64,000 nt of DNA. It comes from Candidatus Sulfomarinibacteraceae bacterium (lineage in GTDB: Bacteria > Acidobacteriota > Thermoanaerobaculia > Thermoanaerobaculales > Sulfomarinibacteraceae). Below the pieces are notes generated by a model. It had not been told where the DNA came from and did no database searches. It saw nothing but the letters and a program-made list of their open reading frames with translations. The DNA lies in the NCBI GenBank assembly GCA_963796455.1, contig CAWCLO010000007.1, positions 192,001 through 256,000 of the forward strand. The letters are read 5' to 3'. Position numbers and translations under genes: made by a program. This document shows, in pieces, positions 20,577 to 29,126 of the stretch; position 1 is the first letter of the stretch, and each line of letters begins with the position of its first letter.

Positions 20577-20990
20577 TTACTCTTGTCCAGGACAGAGTAT
20601 TCAGACCGTGACCGGGGACAGTGTCAGTGAACAGGAGTCAGCGTCAGAGTTCAGTCGGCAGCGTCAGCGATCAGCGATCAGCGACCGGGACAGCGAACAG
20701 CACTCACATCTTCGGGTTCAACAGCCGCCAGGTCATCGCACGGCCCTGATCGAAGGCATTCATCGCTTCACCGGCTCCGTTCGGGCTGATCGCCCCGGCG
20801 GGGGCGAGGAGCTCCAAGTGGCCGACCACCGGCTACCCCTGCTGGTGAACGACCCGGAGGTGGCCACGCCGTCGCGGAACCTGATCGCTGATCGCTGACG
20901 CTGCCAACTGTCGCTGCCGCTGTTCGCTGTTCCCTGACGCTGGACACTGTCGCTGCCGCTGCAATTCGGGATCGGGATCGGAATCGGGCC
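20577..20990 (-). mobile_element. E2: internally deleted element with four-helix-bundle gene remnant
   Basis: Degenerate TIR TTACTCTTGTCCAGGACAGA at 20577. The 5' arm of the leader hairpin is fused directly to the last ~40 codons of the gene. Far end not defined. Confidence 0.8.
20704..20826 (-). pseudogene. 3' fragment of four-helix-bundle protein gene
   Basis: Translates to VGHLELLAPAGAISPNGAGEAMNAFDQGRAMTWRLLNPKM*, matching the C-terminus of the intact copies. Confidence 0.9.
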
Positions 20991-21163
20991 CTGCGAATGC
21001 GCTCGAACCGACATTCAACACTTCTCGTCACTATTTTTCAGTCCGAAACCCTTGTTGCAACGTTGGGCAACCGACAAAGATCCTGCCCGCAAATCGAGTA
21101 TGGGTTATCCAGTATCGAGGACCGGGAAGATTCCTGCACTCCGCCGAAAACGGCCTTGTCTCC

Positions 21164-21192
21164 TTGCGTTTGACCATCCCTTGTGCTATAAA
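21164..21192 (+). promoter_or_regulatory. Putative sigma70 promoter of the rimP operon
   Basis: TTGCGT, 17-nt spacer, then TATAAA preceded by a TGn extension. Confidence 0.55.
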
Positions 21193-21215
21193 ACGCGCTG
21201 CTGCTTTCGCGAGGG

Positions 21216-21242
21216 AAGTGGGCCCGAGGCCCACTTTTTTTT
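21216..21242 (+). promoter_or_regulatory. rimP leader (terminator-like hairpin)
   Basis: AAGTGGGC-CCGAG-GCCCACTT followed by a T-run just upstream of the rimP SD; resembles the described rimP-leader GUGGGC...GCCCAC motif. Confidence 0.8.
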
Positions 21243-21259
21243 CTGCAGCAAGGAGCTAT

Positions 21260-21748
21260 ATGAAGCTGGAAACGACAGTGCAGGATGGGCTCGCCGCGAT
21301 GGTCGCGGACGAGGGTCTCGAGTTGCTTGCGGCCGAAGTCGCGGGCTCGGGATCGAAGACCGTCGTGCGCCTGATCGTCGATGGTCCGGATGGCGTCAAT
21401 CTCGACCAGTGCGCATCGATTTCGAGACAGGCTTCGGCGATTCTCGACGTCGAGGACCCGATCGACCATCGCTACACCCTCGAGGTGTCGTCGCCGGGCC
21501 TCGACCGCAAGCTCTATCGAATGGAAGATTTTGAACGATTTGTCGGCCACCGGGTCAAGATCAGGATGGCGCCGTCATTTCGTGACCACCGTACCGCGAT
21601 CGGAGAGCTTCTCGGCGCGAGTGGTGAGGTCGTGCGCGTCCTCGTCGAATCCGGTGACGAACTGCAACTTCCAGCCGACGAGATATTCGAGGCGAGGCTC
21701 GAAGTCGACTGGGAATCGATCATGAAGGAAGGGAAATCCCGTCCATGA
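21260..21748 (+). CDS. rimP: Ribosome maturation factor RimP
   Basis: GVNLDQCASISR and YTLEVSSPGLDRKL; AAGGAG SD. Confidence 0.97.
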   Translation: MKLETTVQDGLAAMVADEGLELLAAEVAGSGSKTVVRLIVDGPDGVNLDQCASISRQASAILDVEDPIDHRYTLEVSSPGLDRKLYRMEDFERFVGHRVKIRMAPSFRDHRTAIGELLGASGEVVRVLVESGDELQLPADEIFEARLEVDWESIMKEGKSRP

Positions 21749-23196
21749 AACTCGACATCAATATGCTCGTCAGCCAGATGGCTGCAGAACGCGACATCGA
21801 GGCCGAAACACTCGTCGACGCTGTCGCGGAGGCCATTTCTTCGGCTGCACGCAAGCATTACAAAGAACGCAACGTTTTCACGAACATCGATGTCGAAACC
21901 GGCGAGGTGGAATCGTGGACAGCCCGTGACGTGGTCGAAGAGGTCGAGGATCCCGAGATCGAAGTGACCCTCGAAGAAGCGCACGCCATCGATCCGACTG
22001 CGGTGGTCGGCGGGATCGTCAAACTGGAGGCCCTCGACACCTCGGTGCTCGGACGTATCGCCGCCCAGAGCGCTCGCCAGGTCCTTTTTCAGAGAGTCCG
22101 CGAAGCCGAAAGAGCCGTGGTTTTCAAGAATTACTCGACGCGGGTCGGGGACATGATCAATGGCATCGTCAAAAGGATGGACCGGGGCGCACTGATCGTG
22201 GAACTCGGCGACACCGAGGGCATCATCCCTCGCGGCCACCAGGTCCGCCACGAACGATATAGCCAGGGAGATCGGGTCCGGGCCGTGGTGGTCGACGTCA
22301 CGATGGACGCGAACCGACCCCAGGTCGTCCTGTCCCGAACCTCTCCGATGCTTCTCGAGAAGCTCCTCGAGATGGAAGTTCCGGAAATCTACGACGGCAC
22401 GGTCATCATCCGCATCTGTGTTCGTGAGCCCGGCGAGCGGGCCAAGGTGGCCGTCTTTTCGAAGGACAGCGACGTCGATCCGGTCGGGGCTTGCGTCGGC
22501 CTCAAGGGGTCTCGTGTCCAGGCCATCACCCGCGAGCTCAAGGGCGAGAAGATCGACATCATTCCATTCAACAGCGACCTCGTGACCTTTGCTCAGAACG
22601 CGCTCTCGCCGGCCAAGATCAACCGGGTTGCGGTGCGCGAAGAGCCGATCAAAATCATCGTTCGCGATGAGGAGGGTCAGCCCGTTTACGATGAGAACGG
22701 CGAAACCGTGACCGAAGACGGCACCGAGGTCGTGCTCGACGTCATTGTCGGCACCGAACAGCTCTCACTGGCCATCGGCAAACGGGGACAGAATGTGCGG
22801 CTTGCTTCGAAGCTCCTCGACTGCCGAATCGAGATCAAGAGCCAGGAAGCGGTCAAGGACGAGCTGGCTTCCGCGCTGGCCACGATGCTCCGGGAGATGG
22901 AAGGTGTTTCCGCCGACGAGGAGATTCCGGAGCTCGAGGCCGTAACCATGGGAGTCTCGTACGACGAAATCATCCCACTCGAAGAGATGGAGATGCTCAC
23001 CGAGCGCCTCCGCGAACGACTGGGAGGCCACAGTATTCACACCGTCCAGGATCTTTTGGCAAAGACGGCGGACGACCTTTCTACGATTCCAGGGATCGGA
23101 CCGGTGACCGCACAGAAGCTCCTGGACATGGCCAACCAGACCCTCAAGGAGACCCTGGCCGAAGCAGCCGAGGCATCCATGATCGGGGAGGAGTAA
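21745..23196 (+). CDS. nusA: Transcription termination factor NusA
   Basis: GRIAAQSARQV, VDPVGACVGLKGSRV, LSLAIGKRGQNVRLA and a C-terminal HhH. Confidence 0.98.
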   Translation: MKLDINMLVSQMAAERDIEAETLVDAVAEAISSAARKHYKERNVFTNIDVETGEVESWTARDVVEEVEDPEIEVTLEEAHAIDPTAVVGGIVKLEALDTSVLGRIAAQSARQVLFQRVREAERAVVFKNYSTRVGDMINGIVKRMDRGALIVELGDTEGIIPRGHQVRHERYSQGDRVRAVVVDVTMDANRPQVVLSRTSPMLLEKLLEMEVPEIYDGTVIIRICVREPGERAKVAVFSKDSDVDPVGACVGLKGSRVQAITRELKGEKIDIIPFNSDLVTFAQNALSPAKINRVAVREEPIKIIVRDEEGQPVYDENGETVTEDGTEVVLDVIVGTEQLSLAIGKRGQNVRLASKLLDCRIEIKSQEAVKDELASALATMLREMEGVSADEEIPELEAVTMGVSYDEIIPLEEMEMLTERLRERLGGHSIHTVQDLLAKTADDLSTIPGIGPVTAQKLLDMANQTLKETLAEAAEASMIGEE

Positions 23197-23202
23197 GAGA
23201 GC

Positions 23203-25965
23203 ATGCAGCAGCTTCGAGTCGTCGACCTGGCCCACACGATGGGCATCACTCCACGAGAGCTGATTTTCAAGCTGCGCTCGATCGGAGTCACCGTCACATC
23301 GGAAGAGGACACCCTCGATCTGTCGACGGTCCGTTCGATCATTACGGGCGAAACCCTGCAACGACGCCCTCGCGAGGTCATCGTCCGCAGGGAAAAGGCT
23401 GAAGAAGAATCAACGACGGTTTCCGCCAAGGACCGCCTCGCGCGTCGTCGTCGGCGTCAGGTGGTAGATACCGACAAAGAGATCAAAGAGGTCGTTACCG
23501 AGGACAAGCCGTCCGAAGCAGCGGCCGAAATGGCCGCCGATGCCCTCGATGAGGCCGAAGTCACCGAAGCGACCGAGATGGTCGAATCGGGCGAAGTGGT
23601 CGAGGCGACCGAGGCGCTGGAGGGTGCCGAAGTCGAGGAGATCGTCGAGGCTGCCGCGGAGGCCGATGAATCGTTCGAGGCTGCTGAGGATGACGCAGTC
23701 GAAGCGGTCGAAGCGGTCGAAACCGAGGTGGAACTCGAAGAGGGCGTGGTGCTCAAACCGGCGCCCGAGATCACCGAAGAAGAGATCACGGCCGAACGCA
23801 AGATATCGGAAGATGCCGAAACGCCCCAGCGCGTGCGCCCGACGCGTGCGAAAACACCTCTCGAGCAGAGCCTCCGAGAGCTTTCTCCGGACGAGATTCG
23901 GCAACGTCTGGCCGATCAGAAAGCCGTCGAAAAGGCCCGCAAAGAAGAAAAAGCGGCCGGCAGAGTGGCCGGACGCAAAGCAAAGGCGGCCGCGGATGCC
24001 AAAGAGATCCGGGATCTCCTCAACAAGTTCGAAGAACAGAAGCTCAAGGGTCAAAAGGAATCCGCCGGCCCGTCCCGCGCAGCGCCGCGCCCGCCCGGGG
24101 GAGGCCGTCCTTCCAAAAAGGCCCGCCGCCGTCGGCAGGACGACGAACGCCGGACCGCGCCACCGCGCCCGGCTCGCACTGTTCAGTTCAGAGATGACGT
24201 CAAACCAGGTGGACCGATCATTCTTTCGGAGATGGTCACCGCCCGCGAGCTCGCCGAGAAACTCAACGTCACTGCCAAGGACCTCCTTGGACTGCTGATT
24301 CAAAAGGGAATGATGGTGACGACAAACCAGTCTCTTCCCCATGAACTGGCGGAGGAAGTCTGTGCGGACCTCGGTATCGAGGCGATGGTCGCCACTGCCG
24401 AAGAGGTCATCGAGTACGAACGCGAGGAGAGTTCCGAGGACGCCGGACCGCTCGAGCCGCGGCCGCCCGTCGTGACCGTGATGGGCCATGTCGACCACGG
24501 AAAGACCTCGCTCCTGGATGCCATTCGTTCGAGCCGGGTCGCCGAGCAGGAAGCAGGCGGTATCACCCAGCATATCGGCGCCTCTCGGATCGAGGCATCC
24601 GACGGACGAGCGGTGGTCTTTGTCGACACTCCAGGCCACGAAGCATTCACTCAGATGCGAGCCCGTGGCGCCCAGGTGACCGATATCGTCGTCCTGGTTG
24701 TCGCTGCCGATGATGGCGTGATGCCACAGACGAAAGAGGCCATCAACCACGCCCGTGCGGCAAATGTGCCGCTGATCGTGGCCATCAACAAGATCGACAA
24801 AGGCAACGCCAACCCGGACAGGGTCAAACAACAATTGGCCGAGAACGACGTCTTGGTCGAATCCTGGGGTGGTGAAATCCCGTCCATCGATGTCTCGGCA
24901 AAGAAGAACCAGGGTCTCGACGACCTGCTCGACATGATCCTTTTGGTCGCCGAGATGAAGGAGCTCAAAGCGGTTGCCGAGGGTTCTGCACGCGGCGTCG
25001 TTCTCGAGGCGCGCAAAGAAAAAGGCCGCGGAATCGTGGCCACGGTCCTTCTTCAACAGGGCAGCCTCTCGGTCGGAGACTACTTCTTCTGCGGCTCGAC
25101 CTGGGGTCGAGTCCGCGCGATCGCCGACGACACGGGCAAACGGATCGAAGGCGGCGGACCATCCGATCCGATCGAAGTCACCGGATTCGACGATGTCCCG
25201 GCCGCCGGCGATGTCCTTCAGGGCACCGAGAGCGAAGACAAGGCGGTCGAGGTTGCCAGCTACCGAAGCCTGCGCGACCGTGAGGAAGGCCTTATGGGCA
25301 CCCGCAAGGTTTCGCTCGAAAACCTCTTCGATCAGATCGCAGAATCGGAGATTCGAGAACTGAACGTAGTCATCAAGGCCGACGTGCAGGGCTCGGTCGA
25401 AGTGTTGCGAGAGACCCTCATCAGTCTCGGCACCGAAAAGGTCAAGATCAACGTGCTCCAGGGTTCGGTAGGTGCGATCACAACCAACGATGTCATGCTG
25501 GCCTCGGCGTCGAACGCCATCATCATCGGGTTTTCCGTGCGGCCCGAGCGCACCGCCAAAGAACTGGCCGAAACGGAGCAGGTGGACGTCCGGCTCTACA
25601 CGGTGATCTACGATCTCGTCGATGACGTGAAAAAAGCGATGGTCGGTCTTCTCGATCCCGAATTTGAAGAAGAAGAACTCGGGCGCGCCGAGGTTCGCGA
25701 AGTGTTCAAGGTTCCGAAGGTGGGCGCGATCGCCGGCAGCCACGTTATTGATGGCGTCGTTACCCGCAACGCCAAGGTTCGACTGTTGCGGGATCACGTC
25801 GTGATATTCGAAGGCGAACTGGCGTCTTTGAGGAGATTCAAGGACGATGCGTCCGAGGTGCGTCAGGGATTTGACTGCGGAATCGGTCTCGAGCGCTATC
25901 ACGACATCAAGGTCGGTGACATTGTCGAGGCCTACCGGATGATCGAGATCGCCCCTGAGCTCTGA
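23203..25965 (+). CDS. infB: Translation initiation factor IF-2
   Basis: RPPVVTVMGHVDHGKTSLLD, DTPGHEAF and NKID motifs. Confidence 0.99.
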   Translation: MQQLRVVDLAHTMGITPRELIFKLRSIGVTVTSEEDTLDLSTVRSIITGETLQRRPREVIVRREKAEEESTTVSAKDRLARRRRRQVVDTDKEIKEVVTEDKPSEAAAEMAADALDEAEVTEATEMVESGEVVEATEALEGAEVEEIVEAAAEADESFEAAEDDAVEAVEAVETEVELEEGVVLKPAPEITEEEITAERKISEDAETPQRVRPTRAKTPLEQSLRELSPDEIRQRLADQKAVEKARKEEKAAGRVAGRKAKAAADAKEIRDLLNKFEEQKLKGQKESAGPSRAAPRPPGGGRPSKKARRRRQDDERRTAPPRPARTVQFRDDVKPGGPIILSEMVTARELAEKLNVTAKDLLGLLIQKGMMVTTNQSLPHELAEEVCADLGIEAMVATAEEVIEYEREESSEDAGPLEPRPPVVTVMGHVDHGKTSLLDAIRSSRVAEQEAGGITQHIGASRIEASDGRAVVFVDTPGHEAFTQMRARGAQVTDIVVLVVAADDGVMPQTKEAINHARAANVPLIVAINKIDKGNANPDRVKQQLAENDVLVESWGGEIPSIDVSAKKNQGLDDLLDMILLVAEMKELKAVAEGSARGVVLEARKEKGRGIVATVLLQQGSLSVGDYFFCGSTWGRVRAIADDTGKRIEGGGPSDPIEVTGFDDVPAAGDVLQGTESEDKAVEVASYRSLRDREEGLMGTRKVSLENLFDQIAESEIRELNVVIKADVQGSVEVLRETLISLGTEKVKINVLQGSVGAITTNDVMLASASNAIIIGFSVRPERTAKELAETEQVDVRLYTVIYDLVDDVKKAMVGLLDPEFEEEELGRAEVREVFKVPKVGAIAGSHVIDGVVTRNAKVRLLRDHVVIFEGELASLRRFKDDASEVRQGFDCGIGLERYHDIKVGDIVEAYRMIEIAPEL

Positions 25966-25993
25966 TTCGAAGCGATAGGCAGACCAAAGAGTT

Positions 25994-26293
25994 GTGAGCG
26001 GAGAAACCTACATTGGAATCGCCCACCTGGAATTGCACGTTCCGGAAGCGCGAAGCCTCAAGGCAAAACGCGGCCCGGTTCGAAGCCTGGTGGAAAAAAT
26101 CAGAAACCGTCACCAGGTGCTCGTGGTCGAGTCCGGGCACCAGGACCTTTACCAGCGTTCACGAATCACATTTTGCGCCTTGTCTACCGATCCGGTTGAT
26201 GCGGAAGCGCGGCTCCGGCGAGTCGAGCGGACCATCGATCAAAACTGGAGCGGTAACGTGCTGGCCTGGGAGGTCGAAATTGTCCAGGTCTGA
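25994..26293 (+). CDS. DUF503 (YlxP-like) protein
   Basis: ELHVPEARSLKAKR...HQDLYQR; located between infB and rbfA. Confidence 0.88.
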   Translation: MSGETYIGIAHLELHVPEARSLKAKRGPVRSLVEKIRNRHQVLVVESGHQDLYQRSRITFCALSTDPVDAEARLRRVERTIDQNWSGNVLAWEVEIVQV

Positions 26294-26324
26294 CGCTATG
26301 AGAAACGAAACCCGGAGGTGAGCC

Positions 26325-26729
26325 GTGCAGAACCCAAGCTATGACCGTAATGCACGCCTCGAGGGCGAGATCCGAGCTGTGTTGTCCGATCTCCTCCGGA
26401 TCGACGTCAACGACCCAAGACTGACCGACGTCACGCTTTCGTCGATCAAGCTCTCCGCAGACCGTTCCAAGGCCCGCGTCTACTTCTCGGTCATCGGCGA
26501 TGAAGAACGTGAACGCGAAGCAAGCGATGGATTCGCCGCAGCAGCACCCTTCATGCGCCGACGACTCGGACAGAAGATGCGGATGCGGGTGCTGCCGTCG
26601 TTGGAGTTCTTCAGAGATACATCATTCGAGTACGGCGACCGCATGGAGCGTGTGTTCGACCGCCTGTCTGCCGAAGGTCGGTTGCCCGACCCGGAAGTCG
26701 ACTCGAACAGCCCGGAGGACGAATCGTGA
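26325..26729 (+). CDS. rbfA: Ribosome-binding factor A
   Basis: DPRL..VT...LSADRSKARVYFS and MRVLPSLEFFRD. Confidence 0.95.
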   Translation: MQNPSYDRNARLEGEIRAVLSDLLRIDVNDPRLTDVTLSSIKLSADRSKARVYFSVIGDEEREREASDGFAAAAPFMRRRLGQKMRMRVLPSLEFFRDTSFEYGDRMERVFDRLSAEGRLPDPEVDSNSPEDES

Positions 26730-27712
26730 CTCGTATCAGCTCCGATCCGACCGACGCCGCCAAGGCCTTCAAAGAGGCGTACAGGGTCCTTCTCACCTGC
26801 CACCGGAATCCGGATGGCGATGCCATCGGCTCAGAGCTCGCGTTGGCTGAACTCGCACAGAAGCTGGGGGTCAAAAGCGCGATCGTCAACCGCGATCCGA
26901 CTCCCGCCAATCTCCAGCATCTACCCGGTACCGAGCAAATATCCGTCGGTGAAGTCCTTCCGGAGGACTTCCCGGACGCCTACGATCTGGTGATCACCGT
27001 GGAATGCCCCGAGCTGGTGCGTTCCGGTTTTGAAGGTCTGACAAAGGTGCCGATCCTGAACATCGATCATCACCCGGCCAACCCGGCCTACGGGGTCGTG
27101 AACTTCCTCGACGACCAGTCCCCGGCGGTCGGCGAAATGGTGCTGCGTCTTTATAGCGAGCTCAACGTCACGCCATCCCCGACGGCAGCCACCAATCTCT
27201 TTGCGGCTCTGTCCACCGACACCGGGGATTTTCGTTATTCCAACGCCACCAGCCGGGCCTTCCGGGCGGCGGCCGAGATGGTCGATGCGGGAGCCGAACC
27301 CGCTTCGGTCGCAAACTGGGTCCACAACCACCGCAGCCTGGCGTCGGTCCGCCTCCTCGGTGAGGCGCTCAAGACCCTGCGCATCGAAGCGGACGGCAAA
27401 CTGGCCCTGATCACCGCCGATCTCGGAGCCTTCGCCCGCGCCGGAGCGGGGCCGGAAGATACGGAAGAGATCATCAATATCCCGCGTTCCATATCCGGGG
27501 TCCAGGCCATCGCCTATTTCAAACAGTGGGAAACGGGAACAGTCAAAGTGAGTCTGCGATCTCGTGGAGAAATCGATGTTCGCGCCATCGCGGCGACTTT
27601 TGGCGGAGGCGGCCACACCAACGCCGCCGGTTGCGCGATTCAGGGAGAGCTCGCCGATGTGGAGCGCCGGGTTGCCGCTGCCATGGTGGACGCCCTCGAG
27701 GCCGCACGATGA
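26726..27712 (+). CDS. nrnA: DHH/DHHA1 phosphoesterase (nanoRNase/pAp phosphatase NrnA-like)
   Basis: HRNPDGDAIGS, NIDHH, TDTGDFRY and GGGGHTNAAG motifs. Confidence 0.88.
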   Translation: MTRISSDPTDAAKAFKEAYRVLLTCHRNPDGDAIGSELALAELAQKLGVKSAIVNRDPTPANLQHLPGTEQISVGEVLPEDFPDAYDLVITVECPELVRSGFEGLTKVPILNIDHHPANPAYGVVNFLDDQSPAVGEMVLRLYSELNVTPSPTAATNLFAALSTDTGDFRYSNATSRAFRAAAEMVDAGAEPASVANWVHNHRSLASVRLLGEALKTLRIEADGKLALITADLGAFARAGAGPEDTEEIINIPRSISGVQAIAYFKQWETGTVKVSLRSRGEIDVRAIAATFGGGGHTNAAGCAIQGELADVERRVAAAMVDALEAAR

Positions 27713-28683
27713 GTCGGCGGCGCCCCTCCCTTTTTCACGGTCTGCTGCCGGTCTACAAACGACCCGGCCCGACCTCGCACGATGTCGTCGACATGGCCCG
27801 CAAGGCCCTGGGCGAGCGCAGGATCGGGCACACCGGAACTCTCGATCCGATGGCGGAGGGCCTGCTCCTCCTGTGCGTCGGACAGGCCACCCGCCTGCAG
27901 CAGTTCCTGCTCAAATGGGACAAGGTTTATCGGGGAGAAATAAAGCTCGGGAGTGCGACAACGACCTATGACGGCGAGGGTGAGCCGCAGGAACCTCAGG
28001 GCACACCACCCGATCTCGACCGCGAGCTCCTGGCTCGGCTCGAGACGGCGTTCTGCGGCATAATCCAGCAGGTTCCTCCCCCCTACTCTGCCAAAAAGGT
28101 CGGGGGCAAAAAGCTCTACGAACTGGCGCGCCGTGGCGAAGACGTCAAACCCGAACCAAAAACGGTGACCGTCCACGAGCTGACGCTTCAAAACACTGAA
28201 CCCGATCTGATCAACCTGGTCGCGCGGACGTCGACGGGCTTCTACGTCCGTTCTCTGGCCCATGATATCGGCTCGGAAATCGGTTGTGGCGGTTATCTCC
28301 ACCACCTGCACCGGGTATCGATCGGGCCCTACGAGGCTGCAGAGGCCCTCGATCAAGAGGATCTCGAGAAGGCCGCCAGCCCGGATGACATCATCGGCGG
28401 CCCGAAGTGGATACCGCTCGAGAAGATCGCGCTGCCCTTTCCCGACGTCGACCTCAACTCAACCGCCGCCGATCGCTTCATCCATGGCCAGGAGGTCGTG
28501 GTCTTCCGATCTGGCACCGATGAACTGAAGACAGATTCCAACGTCGTTATTCGGGGTGCCGAAAATCGGCTTCTCGGAATCGGCTCCGTACGAGCCGTAC
28601 TCGCCCGAGGGCGCACCCTGAACATCGCTCCTTCAATGGTGATCGACAAAACGACCAGTGCCGCGCCGCGACGGAGAACGTGA
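27709..28683 (+). CDS. truB: tRNA pseudouridine(55) synthase
   Basis: GPTSHDVV, IGHTGTLDPMAEG, QVPPPYSAKK and GFYVRSLAHD motifs. Confidence 0.97.
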   Translation: MSRRRPSLFHGLLPVYKRPGPTSHDVVDMARKALGERRIGHTGTLDPMAEGLLLLCVGQATRLQQFLLKWDKVYRGEIKLGSATTTYDGEGEPQEPQGTPPDLDRELLARLETAFCGIIQQVPPPYSAKKVGGKKLYELARRGEDVKPEPKTVTVHELTLQNTEPDLINLVARTSTGFYVRSLAHDIGSEIGCGGYLHHLHRVSIGPYEAAEALDQEDLEKAASPDDIIGGPKWIPLEKIALPFPDVDLNSTAADRFIHGQEVVVFRSGTDELKTDSNVVIRGAENRLLGIGSVRAVLARGRTLNIAPSMVIDKTTSAAPRRRT

Positions 28684-28755
28684 AAATTTGCGCTCCGAGT
28701 CGCTTCCTGTTAACGTATCGAAGCCTCCTCGCCACCGGAGGATTGTGGAGAAGAC

Positions 28756-29025
28756 ATGAGTCACTTTGACGCCCAGAAGAACAACATCATCGACGAGTTT
28801 CGCACCCATCCGAACGACACCGGGTCACCGGAGGTGCAAATCGCCCTGCTGACACGCCGTATTCAGTACCTGACGGAGCATTTCAAAGTCTACAAAAAGG
28901 ACTATCACTCCCGTCGCGGCCTGCTGCGTTTGGTCGGCCGGCGCCGCCGGCTGCTCGAGTACCTCAAGGCGAAAGACATCAGCCGCTATCGCCAGTTGGT
29001 GGAACAGCTCGGTCTCAGAGGCTGA
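28756..29025 (+). CDS. rpsO: 30S ribosomal protein S15
   Basis: [13 protein letters not shown]...[20 protein letters not shown]. Confidence 0.99.
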   Translation: MSHFDAQKNNIIDEFRTHPNDTGSPEVQIALLTRRIQYLTEHFKVYKKDYHSRRGLLRLVGRRRRLLEYLKAKDISRYRQLVEQLGLRG

Positions 29026-29052
29026 AACTCTGATTAACCCAGGAAGATGCGT

Positions 29053-29099
29053 ATCGGGCCCTCTCACTGCTGCAAAGGCGGCAGAATAGAGGGTCTGAT
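29053..29099 (+). promoter_or_regulatory. Long hairpin in pnp leader (candidate RNase III site)
   Basis: ATCGGGCCCTCT pairs with AGAGGGTCTGAT around CTGCTGC-AAAG-GCGGCAG; same position as the E. coli rpsO-pnp processing stem. Confidence 0.55.
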
Positions 29100-29126
29100 G
29101 ACGTGCGCCTGAAGAATGGAAAAAAC

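Noticed and set aside
23410..25902. Long antisense ORFs (830 aa opposite infB, 559 aa at 2602-4281 and others)
   Set aside because: Shadow frames of GC-rich coding sequence with no recognisable motifs.
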